Origin: Mytilus californianus
Taxonomy: Eukaryota
Length of the DNA stretch: 64,000 bases
Direction of reading: 5' to 3'
Assembly: GCF_021869535.1 (NCBI RefSeq)
Contig: NW_026262593.1
Coordinates: forward strand, 44,640,001 to 44,704,000
Shown here: positions 13,145-26,272 of the stretch, piece by piece
Layout of the letters: every line of letters starts with the position of its first letter
How positions within the stretch are numbered: the stretch's first letter is position 1
Notes under the pieces: model-generated
What the model was told of the DNA's origin: nothing
Databases searched by the model: none
Seen by the model: only the letters and a program-made list of their open reading frames with translations
Position numbers and translations under genes: made by a program

Positions 13145-14707
13145 CAAAAAACAAAACAAAACAAAACAAAAAAACAAGAACAAAAACAGAAACAAAAACG
13201 ATACAGAAAGAACACCCTAGAAACAAAATGTTAGCTGAATGAAAAGCAGTTCCTGCTCAACCTATGTGATACACCGTGTTACAAAGAACTTAGAACTTGG
13301 TAAGTCGTATACGGAGACACATTATGAACAAAAAAGTAGCACTTGATTGTCGGTATAAGTCAAGATACGTAAAAATATGAGTGACGCTCGAATACAAAAA
13401 AAATTAAAAAGGCCACAAAGAAGCCCTTACTGTATCTGATAAACTTTTTGATCAGATGAAACAATCATTTATAGTCAACACATTAGTTATTTGGCTAAAA
13501 GTTATCATCTTATAGTTGTTTCTTCCTATATTACAGACTGTCTGATACAATGCATAAACCCAAAACTTTAGGATCACCATGGTGATAATTCTTTCAAAAT
13601 TTTTCGTTTGTTAGTTATAACATGTATAATGTACCTGTTTATTTTTAAAAAAAGTAATTTGCTATCCAGCTTACAGTGTTAAGTTTGTGGAATTGCTTGA
13701 TACAAATCAAACGACTTCCTGTGAATTAATTATTAAACGTTAAATACATATAAACAACACAAATAACGCACCATATCTTACCATGTAAATTTTTCACATT
13801 TGTTTTTATTTTGCTACAAATTTGTTGAAATCTAGTATATTCTAAGCATAACCTTGAAATTAATTCAGAGTTTACATAGAAATTTTCATTTTAGTGGTGA
13901 CAACGGAATTGTCAACAACAATTTTCAAAAATCAGAAACCAGTCAATTTCAAATTGATCATTAGAAAATCATAAGGAAACTGAAAGTTAAAGTCATTATT
14001 GTTGTCTTCAGGTGAAAAGATATACCGACCTTAAGTTTTCAAAAATATTGACTCATTCTTTTTCTTTTTTGATTTTTTGAGATGTCTAAAATTAAATATA
14101 AGAAAATTCTCAGTTTCACAGAATTCGGTGTTTATGACTTCAGAAACGTGTCAAGATTTGGGCTAATTTTTAATCACTTTAGAAGATGGTACATGCAGTA
14201 GAAATGTTTACTCTAAAGAAATTAATGGAGGTGTTGCGTTTCCTTTGCTGTTGGGTATATATGGCTCTAATTTGTTTACATTAATTCATTTCTTGTGTTT
14301 TGTAAAATGTTATTTTATACAATAATCATAAGGATGAACAATAAGAGTTAATATAAAGAGCTTTCTTTAAAATGCATATTTTAATTAATGAAACATAATA
14401 CTTGACATGAACGAAGCTGTCAAATACATTTTTATTCTATTTTGCAATACTGTTTAGACTGAACAAATGTGAACAAAGACTAAACCTGACTACTCACAGA
14501 AACCGTCTGACGTTTGATCCCGATCACATGTTTCAAAACCAAAGTTTATACCAGATTTCAATTTCAAATCCAGGATACAGCAACCCAATGGGAAACAGAG
14601 TAGATACATCTAACGAGAACGATTATGCTCTGCCTTCATATGAAGAAGCCGTCGGAAACACATATGAACAAGTGAACTATAGAGCAGCAAATGTATCAAA
14701 TGTGTAA
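7860..14707 (+). CDS. Gene A: type I membrane protein with a SUEL/galactose-lectin-like ectodomain, Asp-rich stalk, TM and tyrosine-motif tail (286 aa)
   Basis: Six GT-AG exons: 7860-7938 (MVTTTLYLLFATMLFAQGVTSQRLLK), 10402-10677 (8-Cys domain ...CMGEDTCTVVMDYNPCSQDPLLYATIYYKC), 11062-11139, 12002-12100, 12874-12952 (TM LKIGLGTALGITSITAIIALICFLKFR), 14458-14707. Phases 1,1,1,1,2 join into an 861-nt open frame. All exons are conserved in gene C. Confidence 0.85.
8648..9060. mobile_element. Dispersed repeat family 1 (ATAAAAATAAGGAGATGTGGTATGATTGCCAATGAGAC...GGCTCCTGACTTGGGACAGGCAC)
   Basis: Copies or fragments in both orientations near 9525-9640, 10910-10980, 18360-18420, 18860-18960, 35450-35490, 43560-43985, 45175-45570, 56184-56468, 61070-61290, 61560-62152. 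Confidence 0.8.
10402..10677 (+). CDS. Gene A exon 2: SUEL-type lectin-like domain
   Basis: Eight Cys with SUEL-like spacing (LxC..IxI..xY; C; C; CxGxxxC; xPC...YxC); symmetric phase-1 exon of 276 nt. Confidence 0.75.
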
Positions 14708-15676
14708 TAGTGACTGTATTGATTGATATAGAAGCAAACATTTAGATGATTTACTTACTAAACTTTGTCATCATAATTATTATTGTGTAGTACATTTCAA
14801 AACAGAGCGGTTTAAATGAATGTTATTTGACAATTATATGAAGAAACGTTTACACGACGTATACGGGTACTAGTTGATCAGAGAACTCGTACGCTTCCGA
14901 CGGAAATTTTGTTTTTAAAAGATAAATGTTGTGTTTTGTCGGTTATTAGTGGTATATTTTTGTATATTTGTGTGTTCTTATTTTTCAATGTCCATATTTG
15001 TTTTGTGTCGGTTAAGGTCTAGTGTATTCTTTTGAAAACAAATCTACAGTTTCCATTTCAAACTTTTACATAAGTCAATTGATACAATCGATAAATTGTA
15101 GAAATTGACATGTACCAACGGTTTAGAAAATGTGTTAACCAATTAAAGTAAGATAAATCAATTTATTATTTTGATAGGTTTTAAACATGATACATGTATA
15201 TTTAGTTAAAAGTACATGAGAAACATAACAAGCGCCACACATTGCTGCATGCTAATCTAGCCCTAATGGAGAATTACACGTTTTGATGGAGTTATGCTGC
15301 TAATTTAGAAAATAAATTCTATGTAGTGTTGTGCGGTCCAATTTGTCCGTTCTTCTATTTGCCGCTTTTTTTCATTTTGATACGATTGATTTGGAAAAAC
15401 AATAAACTTAATCTTAGCAATATTAATGAATTACGCGATTCTTTTTTTTAATGTGTATTGAATAGAAAATACGAATATTTATTCTGATATATCTTTTTTA
15501 TTTACTCAAATGATTCACTTTTTTCACTTGGCAATAATTCGTATTATATAACACGTTTCTACTTTAAAAGTTAAATGTATACATGTATCAGTTAGAAAAC
15601 AAATATGAATGTCGGAATATTGACGTTTATTCAAATGAATGGGAAAACATATTTATATAAAAGTAAAGAATTCAAA

Positions 15677-18600
15677 ATGGTGGCCTCAACATTATATGTG
15701 TTGTTTGTCATGATGCTGTTCACACAAGAAGTTACAAGTCAACATCTCTTAAGAAGTAAACAACAATTTGTTATCTTTTATAAAAAAAAATTTTTTTTTA
15801 TTGATTGCTTTTATAAATCTTCGTGTTCTCCGATTGTTTTCGAGAAGGAGTCCAAGGTAAATACATTTTGAATCAAAATATCTGCAGATCATTTGTTTCG
15901 CTGTGAAAAATGAATGTGAACAACGTTAGAAATATTAATAAAACATGGGTTTTAAACGATTTACGATCCCCTGGTTTAGTTGAAGAATAATTAAGTATTA
16001 TCATAATCTGAAGATTAACTTTGCCCTTGATAATATCAAGTGTGTATATGGATTAGGTATCATCATTTAATATACTATATTCCGCCTTTTTTATTATCTA
16101 ATATGCACAGTTTGGGAAGGGCTTCTTCTGTGTGGTCTTTTGTTAACTGTTATTTGTCTGATTGTCTTATTTTTCTTTTGGCCACACTGTTGTATATCTT
16201 TCTTGGACTAATGAGTGTAGACAGCCCTTATATCTGTCTCCTCTTTAAGTAAAACGATGAATATGTTAGATATTTCTAAGCGACAAGGAAGAACAATAGA
16301 CAAAACATCTAGAATTCTGTATTTTTAAAGTTATGGTGTATTTATTCCTGAGATACATGGATGGCTAAGCTATATCCATTGCTTTTCTTTAACATCTAGA
16401 AGCACAAAAACAATACGATCAATCTAATAAGTAACCTTTTCAATAATATGAGGACACTATAGAAAAGTCGAATATCAATACTAATTTTGTACTTTATTTA
16501 CTGGAAATTTTGATTTTCATACTTATTTGGATTTACAACTTTTATACTTTGTTATTGAGAATTTTGATTGTTTACGTTCAATCATTCAGACATTGTCTGT
16601 ATATTATATAAAAAAATTGAAAACAACACGTTTAATAATTCTATGCGTCTGAAGCGCTTTTCTGGGTACATATTTTATTGACTTAAAACTTGTTGTTTGA
16701 GGACCTTTAATTTTTACAAAATAATGAATGTTTCTTCTTATTCAATGAAACCGATACGATTTTAAATTACAAAGAAAGGATCTTCAAAGTAAAAAGAAAT
16801 GAAAATTACATTAAAATATTATGCGTTCGAAGCACTTTTCCGGATTAACCTTCACCAGGAACGCACAAAGCTAAATATTTGAAAGTAAAGTATGTGTTAC
16901 TCATAGGGTCTTTGCATCGGAAATAAACACATTTATTCTAAAACCATTTGTTGGCATGATACGGGTTATGTTCTTCTCGTATATCTTATGATGGTATAAT
17001 ACTAAACCCTAACGGGAGGGATTGTGCTTGATTTTCATATGACAAAGGCATAATCTTTCAATCACTTTTATTGAGGTCTGAAGCTGGCATATCAGTGGTT
17101 TTTGTTAATTTATGTTGATCATTGTCATGTTGCTTAGTTTCTTCTGCTACCTATTGTAACATCGGACTTGGACTTCTTTTAAACTGAGTGTTCTGTGCGT
17201 ATCGCTATGTGTTTGTTTATTCTACATTGGCTAGAGGTATAAGAGGAGGGTTGAGATCTGACAAAACATGTGTAACCCGCCGCATTTTTGTCGCCTATCC
17301 CAAGCCTGGCACCTCTGACCTTTGTTAGTCTTCTATGTTTTTTTTAACTTTGGTTCATCTATATGTTTCGGAGTTTAGTGTGACGTCCATTTTCACTGAA
17401 CTAGTATACATTTTTGTTTAGGGACAAGCTGAAGCCCGCCTCCGGGTGCAGAATTATCTCGCTATGTGGAAGACCCATTGTATGCCTTGTACTGTATTCT
17501 GCTCTTTGGTCGGGTTGTTGTCTCTTTGACACAGTCCCCATTTCCATTCTCAATGTTATAAGTACTGAAACACATGAAAAGGTAACTGACAAAAAGAGAC
17601 ACGAAAAAAAGCCAAATACGTTTAAGGTAAACATTGCCCGAGTGAGTTGGGACTAGTTTCTTAATAATTGAATGAATTACAAAATGACCTTCTAAGACAG
17701 GTATGTTATAAATCATGACAGACTACTGAGCGGATGATACCTTCGGGTAAGTTGCATGCAAAAATACAAAATTCATACACATACTTACATTTGTGGTTGT
17801 AGGAAATGTATGTATGTATGACGCTGTTGTCTTGGATTGTCCTAACACTATTACGGATATTTATACAGATCCTGGTTGAATATTTTTCGGGACCGAAGCT
17901 CACGCACAGTATGGACTAAACCATGAAATGATTACAAATCTATTTCCTACATACTTTTACAAGAGCAGTGCACAAGGAAAGATGCAAGTACAGTAGTTAC
18001 TACAATTCATGCTCACAAGATCCTTTGTTGTATGCTACTGTTTATGCGTTTCCCTCAGTTTTAGTTTGTAACCCGGATTTGTTTTTATCTCTATCGATTT
18101 ATGAGTTTAGAACAGCGGTATACTACTGTTGCCTTTATTTACTATAAATGTACAGGTATGCTTTAATTTAATGAGTTCTTAGAAACTGAAATTGGAAGAT
18201 ATTATTAAAAGTACATTTCACCATTCAGATAAAATCTTTCTTTTATAAAATGAAGTAAAAACCTTGAGCATATATTTGTCAAACTTTTCTACAATATCCA
18301 CATGTTATTGAAAATATTGATTTTTTTTTAACAAAAGGGTACTAATATCGTACTTTCAATATGAAATAAAGAGATATGGTATGATTGCCAATTGGACAAC
18401 TATCCACCAGAGACCAAATGCCGTAGATGGACTTCATCTACAACTACATCTCAAACTACCTTTTCAACTACATCTACAGGTATGTATAATATCTCAACTT
18501 ATTACAAGAAATCAATTTGAAACGTAGATGTTATAATATTTGTAACAAAGGCACAATCCGTGTAATCATTTTTCTAATAAACGTATGGTTTTTTCTCGAT

Positions 18601-20278
18601 GGAAGAATGTGTAAGTGGTCACGGCTATTTTGTTAAAGATTACTATGAATATTCAAGGATAGGAAGACAAGCAAACACTGGTGCATTGATGTTTTCTTCA
18701 GTAATTATTTAGTTTTGTATTTGTACAATTCGACAAAACATTTGAACACTTGATTGTTATTTTCTTGAACCAACCTATAATGAATCTCTCAATAAAATTG
18801 CGGAGGGAAAATCAGGAATGTGTCAAATGCTTGCATTATATATATGTATATACATATTATTGTTAAGTCAACTCTCCACAAAAGACCATATGACACAGAA
18901 ATTTACAACTATAGGTTACCGTACGGCCTTCAACAATGAGCAAAGCCCATACTGTATAGTCAGTTAATATCTGTTTTATTCACATTTTTAAACTATGTGC
19001 GATAAAGAGCATGACTTGTGGTAAAGACAATTGTGTTTGCTGAACATCGCATGTTTATCTTTAAATTACTTTTGTTATTTCATTGGTTGCATTGAAATAT
19101 CGCGATTTCCTAGAAAAAAAAACATGATAATTATATAACATATTTTTTGTACTTAGCTGATATATCACCAACTTATAAGAACAATAAAAACGACGATGAT
19201 GACAACAGCGACAATAAAGACAGAATCCACAACAAAAGTCAAAGCAACAAACCATGTATGTGAAATTATTTTTGGTTAATATAAAAAACGTAAATTCTGA
19301 TACACAAACATTATTTTCTCCAATAATGTACGATATACATTTGTACATGTACAATACTTAACCTTTTAGGTCATTTAGAATTTATTCTTCAAAATAAGTA
19401 AATTGAATGCAGACTACTTTCTGCATTGTTATTCACTTAATGATATGTTTTTTCGTGTAATATTCCAATTATCCTGAAATGTAAAATGAAACATGCTGGC
19501 AACAAAAGTATGTAGTTGCTTTAGTAAGAACGAAACATCATGCATCTTATCTCTTTAAATTTCCTATTCATGACTTAGCGTAGTTTTATAAAAAACCTAA
19601 GGTTACAAGTCCACGGCAAAAGAGTATTTTGACAAGTTTTTATTGGTCTTTCTTCTTTATCTGCTTTCATACCATTTGTGTTTTGGCTATACTTACTTTG
19701 GTTTAGAGATAAATCCAAATATGTGTTTCGTTAACGCGTTGAGAAAAATTCATATGCACGTTTAAATTTGTAAACAGTAAACATATCGAAGAAACTCATC
19801 CTTTTGGATTAACACATACTTATGTTTTAAAAAGACAAATTATTGTGCCAATCTAGTATGTGCAATAGTTCTGTGATTTAATTGTTCGGTTAGATAATGT
19901 CAAAATAAACACTCGTATTACCTTTGTATTTTTTTAAAACTGAGAAATTTATTTTTATTTTTAAATAATATCAAAAAATAAGAAGTTGAAGTATTATGTT
20001 GTGTATTATACACTTTGAACACACTTAATAAAATTGAGAATGGAAATTGGGAATGTGTCAAAGAGACAACAACCCGACCAAAGAGCCCAAAGCCACATTT
20101 AGGTCTTCAACACAGCGAGAAAATCTATCACCCGGAGGCGGGCTTCAAGTATAGTGAAAAGTTGGTCAAATAATTTGAACGTTTCATTATATTTTTCAGT
20201 AAAGATTAGACTAGGGACAGCTTTAGGCATCACATTGATTATAGCGATTATTGCTTTGATTTTCTTTCAAAAGTCTAG
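15677..20278 (+). pseudogene. Gene B: disrupted paralog of gene A
   Basis: Exon 1 15677-15755. Exon 2 17803-18155 has deletions, a frameshift, TGG>TGA and a ~96-bp repeat insertion. Exon 3 survives only as a remnant (~18460-18479). Exon 4 (19157-19255) and TM exon (20200-20278) are open. Intron homology to gene A ends near 20870 and no exon 6 follows. Confidence 0.85.
16965..17560. mobile_element. Dispersed repeat family 2 (CTACATTGGCTAGAGGTATAG...CCCATTTCCATTCTCAAT)
   Basis: Further copies at 27650-28240, 60300-60695 and inverted at 20028-20150. Confidence 0.8.
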
Positions 20279-21526
20279 GTTAGTCTATTAGCTCACTTTT
20301 CTTCACTTATGGACTTTTGACATAGTTCAGAAAAAAACAACGCATACTAGATTAAAAGAAGACAGAATTCCTCTTGCCCAATGAATGAGCAACATAATCA
20401 CAACAATCCTTCTAAAACAATCTAAAGAATTACCACATAAACGATACAAAAAAAAACCAAGCCCACAAACAAAATGTTTGCTGAATAAAAAACAGTTCCT
20501 GTTCATCATATGCCGTTCATCATGTTAAGGACATGCACTTTAGTAGTAAACAAAATAGGATTTGATTGTCGGTATAAGTCAAGATATGTATTAGACTTTG
20601 AAGTAGCTGATCAATAGTTTGACAATCATATATAGTCAACATACGAAATAAATTATTTGGTAAAAACTTGTCATTCTCTTCAGTTATTTTTCATAACATT
20701 ACAAACTGTCTATTGATATTCATGAACTGAAAACTAAAGGATCACCCTGGTGATATGAGTTTATCATTTCTCGTATGTTAGTTATAATCTACTTGTTTAC
20801 TTTTTTTAAAGTAATTTGCTATCCAGCTTCCAGTGTTAAGTCTGGGAAATTCTTGATATAAACGAAACAACTGTCTACGAAAGAACTAGTAAAGGGTATA
20901 TAAATATATATATACAAGTCCAAATTGAAAACAACGTTCAAATCTATAATTGCGTTGGATAAAAACCGCAATTTTTATTGGTGTGCATGCAAAACAAATT
21001 TCTGGCTAGAGGGGTCTACAGCACAAACAATATTTTCCAAAAGACCAAAAAAGTGAAAAAGTATATTTTAACAAAACGCATTTGACTAGCAGGTCGAGCA
21101 ACGGATGTTCTTAAACCCTGCTGACTGCCACTGGCGATTGCCAAATGAAAGGATCACCAGATGTAACAAAATGGATCTTAACTATAAATTAAATACCAAA
21201 CAGAAAAAATTATCTTGCGGAAAAGATGGTATATCGCAAACAAAAGGTGCAAAAATTAACCGGATTTCAACAATTAATGTTTCTGCAGTGATGTTAGGAA
21301 TCGAAACGGTATTTGAATGGCCATATAATTTACCTCAATTTAAGATAGACTTTTGAAGAGTCGAAATAGGATGAATATATAAGTCTAAAGATTTGCACAA
21401 CGGTACTAATATAAGATGGTAATATACGAAGATGATGTTATAAAATCGTGTTGACATATATTTCCGGTACATATTAAATTTGCTGGTTGGTTCTTATGGT
21501 TTTTATAGACTTCTATATATATATAT

Positions 21527-22297
21527 GTAGAGTTGTCACTGGTTCAGACGTTCAGAGTTCGAATCCCGGCGAGGGAAAAACAAAAAATTTGCGAAAGCAA
21601 ATTTACAGATCTAACATTGTTGGGCTGATGTTTAGACGAGTTGTATATACAGAATGTACACAGCCATGTATCACCATCACTGCTGGTGATCTGATGGATA
21701 AATCTGTTGTAGAGTTGTCACTGGTTCAGACGTACTTATAAATATAATTATTTCTGTTACTGTATCTTGCATTTATTTGTAGAATCCTTTACAATAGATA
21801 TTTCAGCTGATCTGTAACAATTCCATCTTCATGCCTTATATATCATGTACTGTTTTACGACGCTAGATTAAAACTGGCGAGGAAAGGTAACAGCTGGCCA
21901 CCGAAAGCTTTATTATTGTGAAGCCTAGATGGTCGGGTGGTCTAGCGCGTCGGATACAGTGCAGGCGATTTGGTGTCACGATATCTCAGTAGTATGAGTT
22001 CGAATCCCGCCGAGGGAAGAACAAAAAATTTGCGAAAGCAAATTTACAGATCTAACATTGTTGGGCTGATGTTTAGACGAGTTGTATATACAGAATGTAC
22101 ACAGCCATGTATCACCATCACTGCTGGTGATCCGATGGATAAATCTGTTGTAGAGTTGTCACTGGTTCAGACGTACTTATAACTATAATTATTTCTGTGA
22201 CTGTATCTTACATTTATTTGTAGGATCCTTTACAATAGATATTTCAGCTGATCTGTAACAATTCCATCTTCATGCCTTATATATCATGTACTGTATT
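21527..22297 (+). mobile_element. Tandem ~441-bp SINE-like repeat with a tRNA-derived head; third partial copy at 24485-24640
   Basis: B box GAGTTCGAATCC at 21555 and 21996; A-box-like TGGTCGGGTGG at 21930-21940; near-identical bodies; begins after (TA)n. Confidence 0.75.
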
Positions 22298-22334
22298 ACA
22301 CTACAAACCAGAAAAAGTCTGAAATGGCCTATAT

Positions 22335-22630
22335 CTGTACCCGACTGTACTGATTTTTACTCGACCAATCTGAATTGGTCTGAATTTTATTCGATGTTAC
22401 TTATTCCAATCTTAACCATACTCGACTGTACTGATTTGTACTTGACCCTTACCTTTGCCATTGAAAATAGTCTGAACTATTACTCGACCAGTCTGAAACA
22501 GTCTTAAACCATTCTCGACCTGTACCCGACCTATTTTTTCAGTCTGAACCATACTCGACCAGTCTGAACCATACTCGACCAAAGGTCTGAACAATACTCG
22601 ACCATTCTAAACCATATTTGACCAAATGAC
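22335..22630. repeat. Degenerate ~20-bp minisatellite (ACTCGACCAGTCTGAACCAT-like)
   Basis: More than 8 visible copies of CTCGACCA..CTGAA. A ~80-bp direct duplication follows (22704-22778, 22786-22862). Confidence 0.8.
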
Positions 22631-23957
22631 CTCTACTTTCTTTTAATTCTAACTGTTTTTAAAACTTTCTTTTTAACTGACATGACAACAGCTACAATTA
22701 AGTAAAGATATATAAAAAGATTATTACATCCTTGCATGATTATCAGATTTATCAAATTGAGATAGTTGAATTATCTATATCTTATAAAGATATATAAAAA
22801 CAGATTATTACATCCTTGCATGATTGTCAGATTTATCAAATTGAGATAGTTAAATTATCTATTTGTAAAGTCTGAGTCTTGTTTTTTTTCTTTTACCTGA
22901 AACATGTGAAAACCACACCTGTACTGATAATAAAACCTTATTAAGGTGCTTCTTGTTTGGCATGTGTTTTTTGTTAAACAAAACTCAATTCACCTAAATT
23001 TTTCAATAACAACTACATAGGTTTCATGATTGTACATACAGTAGTTATATAACTATCTTTTTAAATGAGGTAACAACAGCCAACAAAATCACTGAAATTC
23101 TTAACCTGATATCAGAAATAAATCTATTCTTATTATAATTTGGCATATTTATATATATATCTAAAGGGGATGAAAAATTAAAGAAATTATTAAAATTATT
23201 CTTCTGATTAGGGGTAAACTATAAAGAAATACCTCCTGCTTGGGGCACACTCATTAAAAAGATCACACCTGGTCAGAAAGTAATAAATTTAAAAAAAAAA
23301 CATCCATAGAAAATTAAACAGCATCCCGTAAAACTTTAATCACAAGGCCCTTTGAATTACTAGATAAGTAATACACGAGTTTAAGAAAAACAGGGTTTTC
23401 TTACACACCTGTACTTAAGTTTTAAACCTTATTAAAGTGTTTCTTGTATGCCATGTCTTTAATTTTGACAAACTTAATTAATCAACATGAATTTTTACTC
23501 TTACTTTGGAACACAATTCTTTTTTTAAAAGGTTTATGAAGGATTGCTATGGCAGTTCTACTATATTAAAGACTTTTTTTTACAAAACAAAGGTGTTATT
23601 TTCAAAATTTATCAAGTTGCTTTATATACAATAAAATAAAAGTTCACTGCGTTATTAACTAAACATGACTGACACCACAAATCTAACCCAGGCTTAAGTT
23701 AGTGTTGATGATTTTCCAGTAACCATAAATTATATCTGAAAAAATTATAAATACACTTTAAGTTATTGGATTAATGGTCGACAGTAGTACTTTTGATGTA
23801 CATTATGCAATGTGAACATGATATCATGTATATAAAAATTCACTTAACCGAATACTTAATTTATTACGTGATATGTTTTTAATCTGACCAGAAATTACTT
23901 CCTTTGATCATCTTGTTTTATTTTTATTTTAAAGTTGATACACATTGTATATATTTT

Positions 23958-24466
23958 GGTTTGAACGTTGTTTTCAATTTAGACTTGTTTATATTTTTTC
24001 GTTTAGGCTTGTATTATATTTGCCTTCGGGTTTATATGATCCGTTCATCCTATTTCGACTCTTAAAAATTCAAGAGTCTATCCTAAATTAAGGTAAATGA
24101 TATGGCCTTCCAAATACCGTTTCGATTCCTAAAATCACTGAAGAGACATTAATTGTCGAAATCCGGATATGGTGTTCTAATTTTTGCACCTTTTGTTTGC
24201 GGTATACCATCTTTTCCGCAAGTTTATTGTTTTCTGTTTGATATTAGATTAATATTAAAGATCCATTTTGTTACATCTGGTGATCATTTTATTTGGCAAT
24301 TGCCAATGGCAGTCAGCAGGGTTTAAGAACATCCGTTGTTCGACCTGCTAGTCAAATGCGTTTTGTTAAAATATACTTTGTCACTTTTTTGGTCTTTTGG
24401 AAAATGTTGTTTGTGCTGTATTTAGACCCCTTTACCAAGAAATTTGTTTTGCATGTACACGTAAAA
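23958..24466 (+). mobile_element. Single unit of the same 540-bp retrozyme-like family, hammerhead at 24132-24175
   Basis: Aligns with 62330-62840; core CTGAAGAGACATTAATTGTCGAAATCCGGATATGGTG is intact; ends in (TA)n. Confidence 0.8.
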
Positions 24467-24636
24467 AAATATATATATATATATATTTGCGAAAGCAAAT
24501 TTACAGATCTAACATTGTTGGGCTGATGTTTAGACGAGTTGTGTATATATACAGAATGTACGCAGCCATGTATCACCATCATTGCTGGTGATCCGATGGA
24601 TAAATCTGTTGTAGAGTTGTCACTAGTTCAGACGTA

Positions 24637-24637
<1 letters not shown>

Positions 24638-24670
<33 letters not shown>
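24638..24670. repeat. (TA)n microsatellite; another at 24468-24486
   Basis: Directly visible; the two tracts flank the partial SINE-like copy. Confidence 0.9.
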
Positions 24671-24674
<4 letters not shown>

Positions 24675-25304
24675 GTCTGATTAATAGTCAACGATTTTTC
24701 CCACGAGGGCGTTGGATCGTTACGAGTAACGATACATGTACACAATACATAAATTATATAAACGCCTAAAAAGTGTACACAACAACACCAATAACAAAAA
24801 AGGAACTATAAATGTAATTATTTATAAATATTTCGGATAACAGACATCTTTCATCAGTAAATATGATTGTGATGTTGAATGAATCATATATCAGTCTACT
24901 CAGATTATACTATAACAATCTTGAAATTTATACAATAAAAAAGTCAAACCGAACAAGTAAGACGCTTGCACAATTCTAAATATGTGTTAAACACGACATA
25001 TGTTATATGACTAATTACAACAGAGAGTTCAAATATATGCTTTAAATAAAAATAATAATGTGCGATATGAACTAGCACAATTCTAAAGCTTTAACGGTGA
25101 CGACAGTTATGATGTTACAAGAACGATTGCGTCAATAAGAATTCCAAATAAACAGCACTGAACGATCTAAATTTGTAAATATTTCAAATTTGACAACGGT
25201 AGAGTAGCTACAACAGAGTCTGCGTATTTAAACATCGCAAACAAACGGCCGTTAAAATATAATAATAAATTTTGACTAAGGTTAACTAGTTGAACGTAGC
25301 TTGG

Positions 25305-25459
25305 TACTTTTACATCCCTCAAAAAATTAAGCAATTTAAATTGGTATATTACTTATTATTACAGTTTCTGTTTCTATTTCTTTACCTTACTCATCTCTAA
25401 AATAAATCTGTTGAATATACCAATTTAAATTGCTTAATTTTTTGAGGGATGTAAAAGTA
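25305..25459. repeat. Perfect 46-bp inverted repeat with a 63-bp spacer (MITE-like foldback)
   Basis: TACTTTTACATCCCTCAAAAAATTAAGCAATTTAAATTGGTATATT at 25305-25350, exact reverse complement at 25414-25459. Confidence 0.85.
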
Positions 25460-26272
25460 TTTTTATTTGCAATACAGTAGGTGCCATAAATGGAGCAGGA
25501 ACTACAAACTTTTACGGAGAACTGGTGTATAGTCGGGTTCGTGTTGTTCAATCTTTTCTGTGAAGTGTTTTTTCAATGTTATTTGTCTTTTGTCGTCAAT
25601 TATTTCATAAAAAAATGAACTTGTTATTTACAATAGTTTGGTCTTAGGAAACATGATATGTTGAATAGAATTTTCTCTGTATTGTTTTGCAGATTGTAGT
25701 TTGTATTTCATTACATTACATTTCTGTTTTGATCGTCTTTTTTAAAACCCAATTTTGATCTTTGACTTCTTTGTGTTTTCTATTATTTTTTTTTTGCCAT
25801 GGTGTTGTCAATTTAATTTCGACTAGTGAGTTTAAATGTCCCTTTGGTATCTTTTGCATCTCTTTTAAAAAAAATTACTTTTATCTTTTTTCAGTTTTGT
25901 GTTTTATTTCTTCTTTTCTTTGAATAATTTTGCAGCAATGGAACAACCTGAATTTTTATATAGTTTTGCTGTGGTATACTATATTTGTATGACCATACAT
26001 ACTGTGATATTGAAACTAGCTCTAGCTATTGTTACTGCTGATAGTGAATCTTGCATTCCTTTCACTTCAGAAGATTACATAAATATTCTACGCTATCCCT
26101 TTTCATTTCGAGTGTCACCTTGTATCAAAAGCAAAGAAAAACTTTAATTTTAGATAAATATTTTGGAAATGATGTTTGGTTTGCAGTTTAGCTATTTGTA
26201 AACGTTGACTATACTGATCTAGATTTAAATCTACTATTCAATATCATTATGCAGAATATTTATAGATAATCG

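Noticed and set aside
14630-14680. ITAM or ITIM in the tail (YEEAVGNTYEQV)
   Set aside because: Spacing and hydrophobic positions do not fit the YxxL/I-x6-8-YxxL/I or S/I/V/LxYxxI/V/L consensus.
7860-14707. Naming genes A and C as EVA1C, latrophilin or rhamnose-binding lectin orthologs
   Set aside because: They have only one divergent SUEL-like domain and no recognisable similarity elsewhere, so no symbol is assigned.
21925-22010. Functional tRNA gene
   Set aside because: A/B boxes are present but no convincing cloverleaf or acceptor stem, and it is embedded in a repeated body; treated as a SINE head.
22335-22630. CRISPR-like array (also considered for 63790-63945)
   Set aside because: Eukaryotic context, degenerate contiguous repeats without unique spacers, and no cas genes.
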